64,000 nucleotides of DNA, taken from the IMG/VR virus record IMGVR_UViG_3300025162_000043, positions 14,055 through 78,054 of that record; one strand, written 5' to 3'. The translations under genes and the position numbers were made by a program. How positions within the stretch are numbered: position 1 is the stretch's first letter; each line of letters begins with the position of its first letter. This document shows positions 18,579-29,421 of this stretch, piece after piece. The DNA comes from a virus. The notes beneath the pieces were generated by a model that worked only from the letters and a program-made list of their open reading frames with translations, was not told where the DNA came from and did no database searches.

Positions 18579-19910
18579 GTCAACTACTCCTAGCCTAAAG
18601 GCATAGGGGCTTGTAATACTTCCTTACTAGCAGAAGATTTACATACAATTGGCGAATTGACTGTCGCCTGCCCATAAGTCAGATTCGAGGTCTGTGATAC
18701 GGGAAGTTTGGATAATTTTGCTATATTTATACTAGCATTGATATCCGCATCATAAACAAGACCGTTTTTAGAATAAAACCTACAACCATGTCTTTCACCT
18801 TCAATCTTACCGCTTACGCAGTCAGTTTGAGAAGTATAAGATGGGCGAACGAAAGTTATGGTTTTACCCATATTCTCTGCCTTATATGTTATTATTCTAC
18901 GGAGTTCAAACATCGGTACTTGACTAATGTTTCTCTTATTTTGATATCTATTTTTCTTTTTCTTTATTCCTTTGAGATTTTCTAATACAATGGTGTCGGC
19001 ATTAGTTTTTAATACTTCATTGGCAATTAAATGAGTTTGATTTTTATTTTGGTTATGCTCTTTATGACGCAGTTTGTTAAGATGTTTTTTGGATGATTTA
19101 TTACTTTTAGATTTAAGACAATCTTTTAAATGTCTTAACTTACGTTTATTACCATTAAATTTTTTATCAATAATTAATCTACCATCTGATGTGGCGGCAC
19201 TACGTCTAATTCCTATATCAACCCCCAATGCTAATTTCTGGTTTAACATTTCTTTTGGTTTATTTTCAAAACAAAAAGAAATAAACAATTTTCCATTATT
19301 TTCGTAAATAAGCGGATCTTTATATTGATATTTATCCAATAGTTTCTTAAGTTGTGGATAAACAACAAATTTAAAAGACTGTCGTTTGTTATTAGTGGTA
19401 ATTCGGATGGAATATTTATCTTTTTTATCTTGAGAATAAAGTCGTTTATCAAGACGCATTGATAAATTCTTCTTAATAATTGGAAATTTTAATTTGTGTT
19501 TATTAGATTTTGTGGATTTGTAACTGGAAAGACACTCCTGTTCCGCTTTAATAATTACTTGAGATGGAATGTTTGAATATTGTTTTCGAATATTATTATA
19601 AACTTTAGAATGGAGAATTATCAGCGAATTCTTTTTTTCAGTAAATTGAAGTTGGGAAGCGAAGTTAAATACTATTTTATGCATATCAAGAATTGATTTC
19701 AGCGAATCAAAATCTTCTTCATTTTTCATTAAAAGTTGAGTATTATAACTTAGCACACTAATATATATCATTGAAATTATCAAAACATCAAATTATTTCA
19801 AAATAAATGATTTTTCTTTTGTTGACATTTGGAAAGGATGTGTTAACATTAAGAATGGTCGCAATTCCTCCGCTACCCTAAAGGGATAGCGGTTTCCTTG
19901 CTCCAAAAAT
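18579..19910 (-). mobile_element. tnpB-only IS200/IS605-family (IS1341-like) element
   Basis: LE hairpin ~19858-19904; RE hairpin 18579-18613 ending GTAGTTGAC; preceded by TTCAT; removing it joins the stop at 18575 + TAT to ATG 19911. Confidence 0.85.
18590..19783 (-). CDS. tnpB: TnpB RNA-guided endonuclease (Zn-finger-less variant)
   Basis: RuvC motifs LGVDIG / IVLENL / DADINAS all intact; YTSQ present but no CxxC pairs; C-terminal QAP overlaps the RE. Confidence 0.92.
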   Translation of the reverse strand: MIISMIYISVLSYNTQLLMKNEEDFDSLKSILDMHKIVFNFASQLQFTEKKNSLIILHSKVYNNIRKQYSNIPSQVIIKAEQECLSSYKSTKSNKHKLKFPIIKKNLSMRLDKRLYSQDKKDKYSIRITTNNKRQSFKFVVYPQLKKLLDKYQYKDPLIYENNGKLFISFCFENKPKEMLNQKLALGVDIGIRRSAATSDGRLIIDKKFNGNKRKLRHLKDCLKSKSNKSSKKHLNKLRHKEHNQNKNQTHLIANEVLKTNADTIVLENLKGIKKKKNRYQNKRNISQVPMFELRRIITYKAENMGKTITFVRPSYTSQTDCVSGKIEGERHGCRFYSKNGLVYDADINASINIAKLSKLPVSQTSNLTYGQATVNSPIVCKSSASKEVLQAPMPLG

Positions 19911-20144
19911 ATGAATATGCCGTTCAAATCACCCCAAGAAGCTATCGATGCCTGTGAAGCCGAATCCCTACGAGCCTGGCAAGAATACCTCGTAACTAAT
20001 AAACTCGACCCCGAGAAATCTCCCAAAGCCTGCGCAGCCGCTCATCGTGTGTTCCACGCAGGTTATATCGCAGGCGCTAAATGGGTCAGCGGTGCCATCA
20101 TCGAAAAAATGATGGCAAATGACAATCCAAACTTAATATGGTAA
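19911..20144 (+). CDS. hypothetical protein
   Basis: 77-aa ORF starting at the element boundary. Confidence 0.65.
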   Translation: MNMPFKSPQEAIDACEAESLRAWQEYLVTNKLDPEKSPKACAAAHRVFHAGYIAGAKWVSGAIIEKMMANDNPNLIW

Positions 20145-20330
20145 CTGCCCACTCGGTGATGGCCTCATCCGCCGACCACTGTTCATTAACCAATCATCCA
20201 CCTCAACCGTGTGCTCTCGATAATATTGCCACCCCAAAGGATTAACCGGATCCTTCTTCCCACTCTCGCAAATCAAAAATGACGGCACATTCTCCAAATA
20301 TACAACCTTACCTTTTAATTCTTTTTTCAT
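20133..20330 (-). CDS. hypothetical protein
   Basis: 65-aa ORF overlapping the upstream gene. Confidence 0.5.
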   Translation of the reverse strand: MKKELKGKVVYLENVPSFLICESGKKDPVNPLGWQYYREHTVEVDDWLMNSGRRMRPSPSGQLPY

Positions 20331-20760
20331 ATTTTTTTACCTTCTTGGGCCTCTTTACCCATGTCACCTTCGCAGGTTCTAAATCATACATAACAAAATA
20401 TCCGCAAATAGTTCCATATTCTTCACTCCGATCATCCCCGTTGTCATATAATATCCCCCCGTTAAAAGCAATCGCCGCGTGCCCAAACCTATCGTCAACC
20501 ATCGAAAGACTAACAATACTGTAACCCTCTGGCCCAATCGGACCGTTTAATCGTAACCCCCCAGTCTCCATAAACGCACGAGCAGGAATATATACCAACC
20601 CCCTCCGAAAATTCTTCTTCAACCATACCCGAGTCATGTTCATATACTTCTCCCCATATAACTTCACAAACTTCGGAACCCGCTCAGGCTCTATCTCCAA
20701 TAAACATGCCAAACAATCCGACCAACATGTGTTCTCTGTGTTAGTTATATACTTTTTCAT
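20308..20760 (-). CDS. hypothetical protein, possible papain/C39-like Cys peptidase
   Basis: CWSDCLACLL...VPKF...GHAAIAFNGGILYD (Cys-His-Asp spacing). Confidence 0.55.
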   Translation of the reverse strand: MKKYITNTENTCWSDCLACLLEIEPERVPKFVKLYGEKYMNMTRVWLKKNFRRGLVYIPARAFMETGGLRLNGPIGPEGYSIVSLSMVDDRFGHAAIAFNGGILYDNGDDRSEEYGTICGYFVMYDLEPAKVTWVKRPKKVKKYEKRIKR

Positions 20761-20927
20761 ATCCCACTACATTACCATACCCAATTCCAAAAAGCAAGCT
20801 ATAAAATTTGTTTTCCAGGATTTTTTTGAAACACCTATACCTCTACTACAAATTCTATGCCTATAAAATACGCATATGCATGAATACGTATATGTAGCTA
20901 TTAAAAGTAGTATCCATATGTTAAACA

Positions 20928-21010
20928 GGTAGGGGGGGCGATTGGGAGGGGTGTTTTCAGGCCTGTTCAGACACACACCCCCGGGGGAGCCGGGGGGGAG
21001 TCTGGGGGAC
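20928..21010 (+). other. G-run tract at a compositional boundary (candidate terminus/packaging site or origin; G-quadruplex potential)
   Basis: six runs of 3-7 G within ~80 bp in an AT-rich genome, plus a CCCCCGGGGG palindrome. Confidence 0.5.
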
Positions 21011-21012
21011 TA

Positions 21013-21495
21013 TTAGGTTTTCTTAACTAAGTACCATTTAGATCGGGGAATATTGCTTTCCCGATCAATGTCTTCGTCTGGCGTCAAGTCGATTTTTCCG
21101 ATAGTTCCATCTTGTGTCCCGTACGTGGACAAACAATTCCGTACCGATTGCGGCCGGTATCTTGTCGTACCATTGGCAAACCTTACGCCGACCATGTCAA
21201 TCACTTCGGTCGTGAATAGACTGACGCCGATTGCCACTGGCCGAATTTCAGTCTTCTCAATACCTCTTGGCAATTCGGCATTGGCCATTCTAAGAATGTC
21301 CCGGACTAACTCCATGATGCCAATTACAGATGATTGCTTGCTCTTGCCAAGCTTGGCATAATGCGCTTGGAAGTGTGGCCGGACACCGGCAATGGTCAGC
21401 GTATTGTTGATCGCTTTGCAATTGTCAAGAATTTCAGAGGACATGGCTATAGCCGCCTCTTGATCCGCGTTCACTGATTCAATTTTATTTTGCAT
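21013..21495 (-). CDS. hypothetical early protein
   Basis: ATG 21495 follows a TTGACA promoter; the longer ORF-track start runs through the repeat. Confidence 0.7.
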   Translation of the reverse strand: MQNKIESVNADQEAAIAMSSEILDNCKAINNTLTIAGVRPHFQAHYAKLGKSKQSSVIGIMELVRDILRMANAELPRGIEKTEIRPVAIGVSLFTTEVIDMVGVRFANGTTRYRPQSVRNCLSTYGTQDGTIGKIDLTPDEDIDRESNIPRSKWYLVKKT

Positions 21496-21664
21496 ACTTG
21501 CCACTAAGATCGCACAACCAAGCTCAATTGTCAAAAAGTATTTGAAACTACTTTTTGCGCCAGCGAGGGAGGGAAGAAATACTGGCCAGTAAATGATTCG
21601 GTGAAACGAGGGCAAAAAAAGAAATACTGGCCAGTAAATGGTTCGGTGAAACGAGGGCAGGAAA

Positions 21665-21691
21665 AGGCTCCCGGGAGCAATTCCCGGGAGC
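21665..21691 (-). terminator. intrinsic terminator (example of the hairpin present in each intergenic unit)
   Basis: GCTCCCGGGA..TCCCGGGAGC followed by CTTTT on the minus strand; similar at ~22355, 23769, 25187, 26651, 27172, 28726. Confidence 0.75.
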
Positions 21692-21707
21692 GTGAGATTA
21701 GGAATCG

Positions 21708-22082
21708 TTATGCTTCGTTGGGATCGCTAGGCCATCCCTGAATTGCATTGGCCGGGAGCAGCCAAGTGCAATTGCCCTGCCCCGGACCGCTAACATAGGT
21801 TCGGAGCGTGCGCCCAAAGTAGGTCACGCGGTTGGCAGACCCATCTGCCGGCTTATAGCTGATGGTGCAGACCATCTTGACCTGCGCCTTGCCATCGGCA
21901 ATGGCTTTGTTCAACCGGCTAACGGTCACGCTTCGGGTCTTGCCGACCTGCACGCCAACGGCAACGGCAACCGCGTCAAGTTCCTCCGTGGACATAGACG
22001 CAATAAGGACGGATGCGGCAGCAGGCTTGCTGGTTTCAGGGGCAGCGGCAATGATGTTTTCGGCAGTATTTTCAGTATTCAT
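21708..22082 (-). CDS. hypothetical early protein
   Basis: 124-aa ORF, GC-rich relative to the window. Confidence 0.75.
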   Translation of the reverse strand: MNTENTAENIIAAAPETSKPAAASVLIASMSTEELDAVAVAVGVQVGKTRSVTVSRLNKAIADGKAQVKMVCTISYKPADGSANRVTYFGRTLRTYVSGPGQGNCTWLLPANAIQGWPSDPNEA

Positions 22083-22397
22083 TTGATTGTCTTTCCAACA
22101 CAGTATTTTTCGAGACTTGGCGGGCTTACGTATCCCGCTCTCAACATATAGACCATAACACAGGTTCTCTGTTTGTCAAAAAGTATTTGAAACTATTTTT
22201 GATCGCTATCGTCCGAGCTGAGGTTCTCCGGCATGGGGGAAGAAATACTGGCCAGTAAATATTCAAAGAAATACTGGCCAGTAATTCTTGCCATGCACAG
22301 TAAATGATTCGGTGAGCACAGTATTTAATTCGGTGAGATTTGGGCAGGGAAAAGGCCCCGGATGTCTGCCTCCGGGGATGAGTGATGATGCTTTCCG

Positions 22398-22649
22398 TTA
22401 TTTATCAGCGTGCAACGCGATTGAACACCTGACATGGTGCAAATCGCTTTGATGGGTATATGTCGCGCCATCAATTGACCATGCATACCGGCATCCTTCG
22501 TAGCTACCATCGAAACCCCAATAGGTGCCAACTTCTATCACGGTACAGGTTACTGCTACACTTATCAGTTTTGATCGCCGACCGTTGCCAGTCCGGTGGT
22601 GAACTAAATTTCTAAACTTCATTCCCAGAACAATGGGTGTATCATTCAT
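22398..22649 (-). CDS. hypothetical early protein
   Basis: ORF downstream of TTGACA...TATGAT promoter. Confidence 0.6.
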   Translation of the reverse strand: MNDTPIVLGMKFRNLVHHRTGNGRRSKLISVAVTCTVIEVGTYWGFDGSYEGCRYAWSIDGATYTHQSDLHHVRCSIALHADK

Positions 22650-22906
22650 GTCCATATCATACATCATCCAGGTAATTTGTCAAAAAATATTTACAACTAC
22701 TTTTGATCGCCAACCCGGCTTCCCTGCCTTGACCGAAGAAATACTGGCCAGTAAATATTCTTATATCGCCTAATGTATTTAGAAATACTGGCCAGTAATT
22801 CTTGCGGAGCACAGTATTTAATTCGGTGAAATTTGGGCAGGAAAAAGCGAAGGACCGTACCATTTCTGGCACGATCCTTGCTCGTGTTGTGTTCTCGAAT
22901 GGCCAA

Positions 22907-23509
22907 CTAATCGGCTAAAATGGATTCGACTTCGGCCATTTCTGGCATTTCAACTACTACGCCAGATGCTCTTAGATAATAGACGTTTTTGAGATTGACG
23001 GCAATCACGGAGGGCTTAAAGTCTGGTTTTTCAGTTTCCTTGTAAAGCCAGGGAGCAACCACTTCATCAAACTCTGGTTCATTGGCTTCATTACAATAGG
23101 CACGTGTGGACTTATGCGGGAAGTATTGGAGATAGTATTGACCATCACGCTTGGCTTCGTCCTTGTGTTGGACCAACGGAAGATTTTTGCCGTCTATGGT
23201 CTTAAGGTGTTCATACCATGTTTCGCCGTTCTGGTACTCAACTTGGGACAATTCGACGCCAAGCTTAGCAGCAATCCGAGTGCAAACGCTAGTATTATAG
23301 TTAGCGTTGACAATGCCAATCTTCCGGGATACCTTATACAAGCCATTTTTGGACTTGGCAGATGCTCCCCAGGGGTTTCCTGCCTTGATCTTGACCACTG
23401 GCGTTTTGCTAAGGATAGCGACAAACCGGCAAGCTGTTCCATTGGTCTTGATAAAACCGAGCATCTCTAACACGGATACCATTTGAACCACATTTTTCTT
23501 GTCTAACAT
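22907..23509 (-). CDS. hypothetical phage protein
   Basis: 200-aa ORF with own promoter and terminator. Confidence 0.8.
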   Translation of the reverse strand: MLDKKNVVQMVSVLEMLGFIKTNGTACRFVAILSKTPVVKIKAGNPWGASAKSKNGLYKVSRKIGIVNANYNTSVCTRIAAKLGVELSQVEYQNGETWYEHLKTIDGKNLPLVQHKDEAKRDGQYYLQYFPHKSTRAYCNEANEPEFDEVVAPWLYKETEKPDFKPSVIAVNLKNVYYLRASGVVVEMPEMAEVESILAD

Positions 23510-23808
23510 ATTTTTACTTTCGAGTTAACACTAGAGAGCGTGTTGCTCTCTTACACCAACACCATACCACAGGTTCTCTGTTTGTCAAAAAGTATTTGAA
23601 ACTATTTTTGATCGCTATCGTCCGAGCTGAGGTTCCCCGGCATGGGGAAGAAATACTGGCCAGTAATTCTTAATTATATTATTCCACGGGTATTATATTA
23701 AGAAATGTTTACTGGCCAGTAATTCTTACGATGCACAGTAAATGATTCGGTGAGAAGTACAAAAAAAAGGCCCGAGGTTTATACCCCGGGCGTGATCGAC
23801 CAGATAAT

Positions 23809-24846
23809 TTATGCGGTAGTATTCGCCAATAGCTGTTTGCCTAAGTCAACACAACCGTTGAATGATTCGTCATCATCATCCCTAGTAACCAATCGCCAAA
23901 AATCGGCTTTAGATTGCTGCCCCGAACCGTATTCGGAGGAAAGGAATTGACGCATTGGATTGGTGTCTTTGCCACTAGAGTAATGCGTATAGTAATCAGT
24001 CACCGCTGAAAATGCGTCGGCACGAGTACTACCGCCATTCCCCTTGCCAGACTCATAAAGGTTTACAAGTTGCAATATAGTATTGTTTGCCCGAGTGGAA
24101 AGACCTTTTTCCACGGTCTTTGCATCGGTTATTCTACGCCCGAGGAAGCCAGCAAAGAGATTTGTAGCGACTGGACTAGACAACGGCACTTGGCTTAGTT
24201 TTTGAAATTCAAGTTGAAATTCAGCTTGAACGCCAATTGCCTTATCGATCAATTTCGCCATCTCTGGCAACCGCATGATTGCGTTTTTTGTGTGGCGCTG
24301 GCGGATACGAATATCATCGGAATTATCGGAATGTTTATTTTCCACGCTAAACAGATTGGAAGAAAATGTATTGTCGCAAACCGTGCATGTATTACTAGTA
24401 TTGACCCACAACACCGAGGATTTATCGTGTCCGTTGCCGAAATTGAGGTAGGCGGAGAATGAACGACCGCCAGCGACAAATGCTTCCATACCATTTAGCT
24501 TAGTGGAAACAAAGACCCTGCCCCTGTTGCGGACACTTCCCACGGAAACAATTTCATGCGAAGTTCCGGCGATACTAGCCCTGACCAGTTCAAGGAAGGA
24601 TTTGTTGTCAACCGGCTTGAAAGTTTCGGGGTTGTAGGGTTGCCCTATTTCAACGTCGGGAATGTCAGAGCATTCAAGGACTGCCCATTTCGATGGTTTC
24701 CCACGTTTTTCCAGGAGAATGGGTTGCACATCCCATTCTGTTAGCCAATTATCTTCTAACGTGATAACTGGCTTGATCTTAGTAAGACCGTGCCATGCCT
24801 GTTGAATACCTTGCTGTTGATCGTTCTGTTCTATTCTATGAGCCAT
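23809..24846 (-). CDS. DUF932/DUF945-family phage protein
   Basis: AWHGL...GSVRNRGRVFV...NGHDKS...TVCDNT...RHT...AFSAVTDY. Confidence 0.8.
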   Translation of the reverse strand: MAHRIEQNDQQQGIQQAWHGLTKIKPVITLEDNWLTEWDVQPILLEKRGKPSKWAVLECSDIPDVEIGQPYNPETFKPVDNKSFLELVRASIAGTSHEIVSVGSVRNRGRVFVSTKLNGMEAFVAGGRSFSAYLNFGNGHDKSSVLWVNTSNTCTVCDNTFSSNLFSVENKHSDNSDDIRIRQRHTKNAIMRLPEMAKLIDKAIGVQAEFQLEFQKLSQVPLSSPVATNLFAGFLGRRITDAKTVEKGLSTRANNTILQLVNLYESGKGNGGSTRADAFSAVTDYYTHYSSGKDTNPMRQFLSSEYGSGQQSKADFWRLVTRDDDDESFNGCVDLGKQLLANTTA

Positions 24847-25246
24847 ATTTTGATTCTTTCAATTTAATTGTTTTTTACTCTAACAATTACACACTACATC
24901 TAAACAGGAAAAAGTCAAATTGTTTTTGATTTATTTTGGATTTATTTGATGCACTAAAAAGAATTTAAGCACCGACGGCAGAGAGCGGCGGAGGCCGAAG
25001 AAATACTGGCCAGTATTTCTTATACTATATTTCAATAGTATTCCGCCCGTTATTATATTAAGAATTTGAAGAAATACTGGCCAGTAAATATTCAAAGAAA
25101 TACTGGCCAGTAATTCTTACGATGCACAGTAAATGATTCGGTGAGAATAGTATTTAATTCGGTGAGCGAAGGATGAAAAACAAAAATGCCTCTGGTTCCG
25201 ACCAGAGGCACCTATACAATATGAATATAGAACCGCCAAAGAAATC

Positions 25247-25960
25247 TTACATTTTCACAGTCTCTTGTTCTCCAACATGGAGGACTTCTGTTTTATATTC
25301 TTCTGATTGACTGCAATAACCACCTTCATAATGCCCATAGTAAACATTCTGAGGATCAAAGATTGTTCCGAGTTTTACTTTTTTGCATTCACATGCATAA
25401 AGATTGCCCCGAGGAGTACAGAACAATCCACCACAGCAACCAGCTTTTTGACTGCGATTGCCCCAGTTTTTAGCCCTGCCCATTGCTTGAACATAAGTTA
25501 TTTCGCCATTTATGTCCCTGCAATCGTATTCATTCTGAAAGTTAGACGCATATAAATCTTTTTTAGGGCGTTGAAATGCTTTGCGTACTTTATCAGTAAC
25601 CATACTTTTATCATGGTATTGATCTTGAGATAAACGACACCCAATAACTCCGCGCTCTGCCAAGTGTGCAAGCGTAAGAGAAACATTCTCATTGGTGCCG
25701 TTAGTTACCATAAACACAGCAGGAGACCCCAGACTATTGGATTGGGATGCTAATTCCCATACAGCATACATAAGGAATTCCTGAAAAAGTGGATGCAAAG
25801 TAGGTTCTCCGCCTCCAATAGTAATTGAACAATCCTGATCGGAGACAAGTTTAATTGCCGCGTGGAAAGTTTCCCTGCTCATATCGGTTCCCTTGGCAGT
25901 GCAAGCAAAACAGCAGTGACTGCAAGTCATATTACATTTTGTCGAAATCTGTATATACAT
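25247..25960 (-). CDS. radical SAM protein
   Basis: CNMTCSHCCFAC (CxxxCxxC), GGGEPTLHP, TNG, Cys-rich C-terminus. Confidence 0.9.
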   Translation of the reverse strand: MYIQISTKCNMTCSHCCFACTAKGTDMSRETFHAAIKLVSDQDCSITIGGGEPTLHPLFQEFLMYAVWELASQSNSLGSPAVFMVTNGTNENVSLTLAHLAERGVIGCRLSQDQYHDKSMVTDKVRKAFQRPKKDLYASNFQNEYDCRDINGEITYVQAMGRAKNWGNRSQKAGCCGGLFCTPRGNLYACECKKVKLGTIFDPQNVYYGHYEGGYCSQSEEYKTEVLHVGEQETVKM

Positions 25961-25996
25961 ATATCGTCTCCTACATTAACACAGTCTATCCTGTTG

Positions 25997-26419
25997 TCAA
26001 ATGGTTATTCCTGAAAGTTTGTTCACGATTGAATGCTCTGCACAGACAGGGAATTCCAATCCGTTTGTTTCCCGTCCTTCTGCTTGTTCCAGGAGGTTCC
26101 GCAAGTGAGCATCATTTGACACACAAGAATAAGACAGCGTAGAATACAATGACCCTGGCTTAGGTGGAGCGTATGGAGTCCAACCGTCCAAATAGCTTTG
26201 CATCCATTCTGGCAATTTATCACATTGATTCCAATCTTCATTGCACTTTGTTTTGAATTCCGCATTGGCAATATCCCAGAGACGATCAAGGATTTGATCG
26301 TTTGGCATGAATTCAAACTTATTCAAGTATGCTTGTGCAAGCTCGTCTATTTGATTAGTTCGGAATAAAATTGCGGCGAAGTAATTCATTAACGGTTGTG
26401 ATTCAATTTTTTGTTTCAT
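25997..26419 (-). CDS. hypothetical protein
   Basis: 140-aa ORF with upstream TTGACA promoter. Confidence 0.7.
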   Translation of the reverse strand: MKQKIESQPLMNYFAAILFRTNQIDELAQAYLNKFEFMPNDQILDRLWDIANAEFKTKCNEDWNQCDKLPEWMQSYLDGWTPYAPPKPGSLYSTLSYSCVSNDAHLRNLLEQAEGRETNGLEFPVCAEHSIVNKLSGITI

Positions 26420-26742
26420 ATTGTATTAACACCTTACACCATAAGCATATAAATGTCAAACGGAATTTTCAAATATCTTTTAGGCACCGCCGACGAAGAT
26501 CATACGAAGAAATACTGGACATTATTTCTTGGTGGAACCGTGAGCATCCTATGAACATCCTGTGAGCATCCTATGAGCATAGCAGAATAATTACTGGACA
26601 TTATTTCTTGTCTGAGCACAGTAAATGATTCGGTGAGAAGTACAGAAAAAAGCCCCAGCATTGAATGCTAGGGCCACATGGATTATTTATATTGTATATT
26701 AGTATTTCATATTATTTTATTGTGTTATAGTTTAGTCATTCG

Positions 26743-26988
26743 TCAGAGAAGAGGCGAGAAATTCTCGTGATATTCAGCTATGCAAAAAGATGTCATATCA
26801 TTCAACTTTGCATATCCTCGTTCATCAAGATCAAGGGCACCGCTGAAAAGTGATTGAAACTTGTCAAGAGCAGTTTTAAAGTCACATGGAGCAGATTCGG
26901 CTAAAACTTTGTTGGCTCCATATTCTAACCGAATTAAAGCATATCGTTTCATACTGTTGTAAACTCTATCATTGTTCCCGTATGTCAT
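26743..26988 (-). CDS. hypothetical protein
   Basis: 81-aa ORF with own promoter. Confidence 0.65.
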   Translation of the reverse strand: MTYGNNDRVYNSMKRYALIRLEYGANKVLAESAPCDFKTALDKFQSLFSGALDLDERGYAKLNDMTSFCIAEYHENFSPLL

Positions 26989-27216
26989 ATCTATTACACC
27001 ATAACATACTCCTGTAAAATGTCAAAAAGTTTCTTCAAATATCTTTTATACACCACCGACGAAGATCAGGCGAAGAAATACTGGCCAGTAATTCTATATC
27101 ATAGATATACATTTACTGGATATTATTTCTTGCCAGGCACAGTAAATGATTCGGTGAGAAGTACAAAAAAAGCCCCCAGCTTAAAGAAGCTAGGGGCTTC
27201 GCTCACTACAAACCAA

Positions 27217-27915
27217 TCATTGGCGCATTACTTTTTCGCTAAACAGTTTTTCGGCCAATGTATATTCATCAGGAGCAAGGTCCGCGACATGCAACAACTC
27301 ATCCCAATTGCGGGCTAAATCATTTTCCGAACCGAGAAAATGGTTATATCCGCTATTACCTTTAACTTGTGCGAGAACAAAGCCATCACCTGTTACCACC
27401 AAGCTATTAACTTGCGGAGTAACCCATTCTTGCCCGAGAATATAAGCAACAATGCTACCCATCTTTGGGGTCATAAGCCTAAAGCCTTTGGGATTAAGTT
27501 TTTCCACAAGTGTAAATATTGAAGCGGGAAGATTCCAAATTTCTCGATATTCATGCAGGACAATTTTCTGACAATCTTTGGGCAATTCAGAAAAAGGAAT
27601 GCGCGTGCCAAGATAATTTTTGCGACCAATAGCAGGAGCAAATCCTGCCTTATTCACGTCAACTTGACGCTTGCTTTCACTACGTTCAAAAGTACCTTTA
27701 GAATCAAACGGATTCTCCGACATGTAAATCCATAGGAATCCAGTAGGACCAGTTTTCGTACAACACTGCCGATTCGGGATTGAACGATATTTGCCCGAGT
27801 AAATAACAACATATCGCTCATCAGAACCTAAACAACAATTGTCATAAACTCGAATGTATCTTGGAATGCCTTTAGGCATTAGTGACCAAACTCTATTTGC
27901 AGTTTTTTTATTCAT
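27217..27915 (-). CDS. hypothetical phage protein
   Basis: 232-aa ORF with own promoter and terminator. Confidence 0.75.
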   Translation of the reverse strand: MNKKTANRVWSLMPKGIPRYIRVYDNCCLGSDERYVVIYSGKYRSIPNRQCCTKTGPTGFLWIYMSENPFDSKGTFERSESKRQVDVNKAGFAPAIGRKNYLGTRIPFSELPKDCQKIVLHEYREIWNLPASIFTLVEKLNPKGFRLMTPKMGSIVAYILGQEWVTPQVNSLVVTGDGFVLAQVKGNSGYNHFLGSENDLARNWDELLHVADLAPDEYTLAEKLFSEKVMRQ

Positions 27916-27953
27916 AGTAATACCTTACACCTATTTATATTTTTGTCAACCGA

Positions 27954-28244
27954 TTAGTTAAAGAATCTTGCGCTAGTAACTAGCTGCCGAACAAGACATT
28001 TGGCATCCCGTCTGCTACTTGCCCGAACAAAGACCTGAACTGGTTCAAATTCAGACCAAGCACAATACATGTTGGTTTCTGGAGTGTATCCCCAATACGC
28101 CCCGCTTTTATCATAATCTAAATCAATCCATTTAAGTTTTTCCATGTGCAATTTAATAGGGGCATTAACATCTTGAGGCAAACGAGTTAACCTGCCCATA
28201 CTTGCGCCGAACATATTACATGCTTTAGGAAGAATTAGTTTCAT
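27954..28244 (-). CDS. hypothetical phage protein (YDxxGAYWG motif)
   Basis: 96-aa ORF, GASMGR...YDKSGAYWG. Confidence 0.7.
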   Translation of the reverse strand: MKLILPKACNMFGASMGRLTRLPQDVNAPIKLHMEKLKWIDLDYDKSGAYWGYTPETNMYCAWSEFEPVQVFVRASSRRDAKCLVRQLVTSARFFN

Positions 28245-28281
28245 ATTATTACCTTAGCATAGTTATTGAAATTGTCAAATA

Positions 28282-28551
28282 TTATCTACAATCTTTTTTA
28301 TATTGTTTACGCCATTCTACCGGGGAAAGTGTCTGAGTGGTATGTGGGCGAAATTCTAATTCACCATCTTCCCGCGAGCCAATATAACCATGTTCTGTTT
28401 TAGTGGTTGCGGGAATACTGAAATAAGTGTCGGGGATAGTTGCTTTGCATCTTACTAGTTTACCAGTAACGGAATGAAAAACGATTGCTTGACGAGTGAA
28501 CATGCCATAATCCCGACATTGTTCCTCAGATCCAATTGAAGTTATATTCAT
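28282..28551 (-). CDS. hypothetical protein
   Basis: 89-aa ORF with own promoter. Confidence 0.65.
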   Translation of the reverse strand: MNITSIGSEEQCRDYGMFTRQAIVFHSVTGKLVRCKATIPDTYFSIPATTKTEHGYIGSREDGELEFRPHTTQTLSPVEWRKQYKKDCR

Positions 28552-28975
28552 GCTTCACACTATACCATAAAATACAAATGTCAAAAACTTTCGTCAAATA
28601 TCTTTTGGACACCGCCAGCCATACGAAGAAATACTGGCCAGTATTTCTTTATCATAATATAAGAAATACTGGACATTATTTATTGCCAGACACAGTAAAT
28701 GATTCGGTGAGAAGTACAAAAAAAAGCCCCCGGGAGTGAGAATCCCGGGGTATAGCGCCTGGCCAGCGTTATTTAATGGTTAGATGCTGAAATATATTGT
28801 GGCATAAGAGGCCTAAGCATTTACAGTTTATTCTGCTGTTCTATCGGCTACTCTCTATTAGAACCATTCGATGCCACGAAATGTTATTTGCTATCAGTTA
28901 TTTCGTATTTTTCAATGTCCAATGTTTCAATGTTTACTTCGTCATAAATCTAATTGTTATCAAACGGAATTCATC

Positions 28976-29167
28976 TTAAGAAAACAGGTCATAACTCATT
29001 GGCAAGGATTGAACCGCTTCTGAGGCATGTTTCCTGGCACAAATAAAGCCAATGCAAAAAGAACGGGCTTGTTTATAGTCATCAAAGGTGTATATATCTT
29101 TTGCAAGTACACCAGATTGAACTTCAACTGTAATATGATCTTCGTGGTTAGTGATAATTAGTTTCAT
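28976..29167 (-). CDS. hypothetical protein
   Basis: 63-aa ORF. Confidence 0.6.
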   Translation of the reverse strand: MKLIITNHEDHITVEVQSGVLAKDIYTFDDYKQARSFCIGFICARKHASEAVQSLPMSYDLFS

Positions 29168-29172
29168 ATAAG

Positions 29173-29421
29173 TTAATGGCTTTTACTTAAATCATCTGTC
29201 TTATCGGGAATAGCATCCCACAAAGTATCTGCTTTACTCTTAGCTTCTTCCATAGCAGTTTTGTATTCCCGCTCCATTGTTGGTGTGAGCCAAGACATGT
29301 ACCAGCTAAGGGTTGCTTGATAGATGTCCCTGTAGTTTTTTGCCGCTTTGAGATATTCGCGGTGCGCGTCATTGAAGCAAACAACCGTACCCCAGTTCCC
29401 GAGATAAACTTCAGTTTTCAT
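29173..29421 (-). CDS. hypothetical protein
   Basis: 82-aa ORF with TTGACA/TGCTAATGT promoter. Confidence 0.65.
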   Translation of the reverse strand: MKTEVYLGNWGTVVCFNDAHREYLKAAKNYRDIYQATLSWYMSWLTPTMEREYKTAMEEAKSKADTLWDAIPDKTDDLSKSH

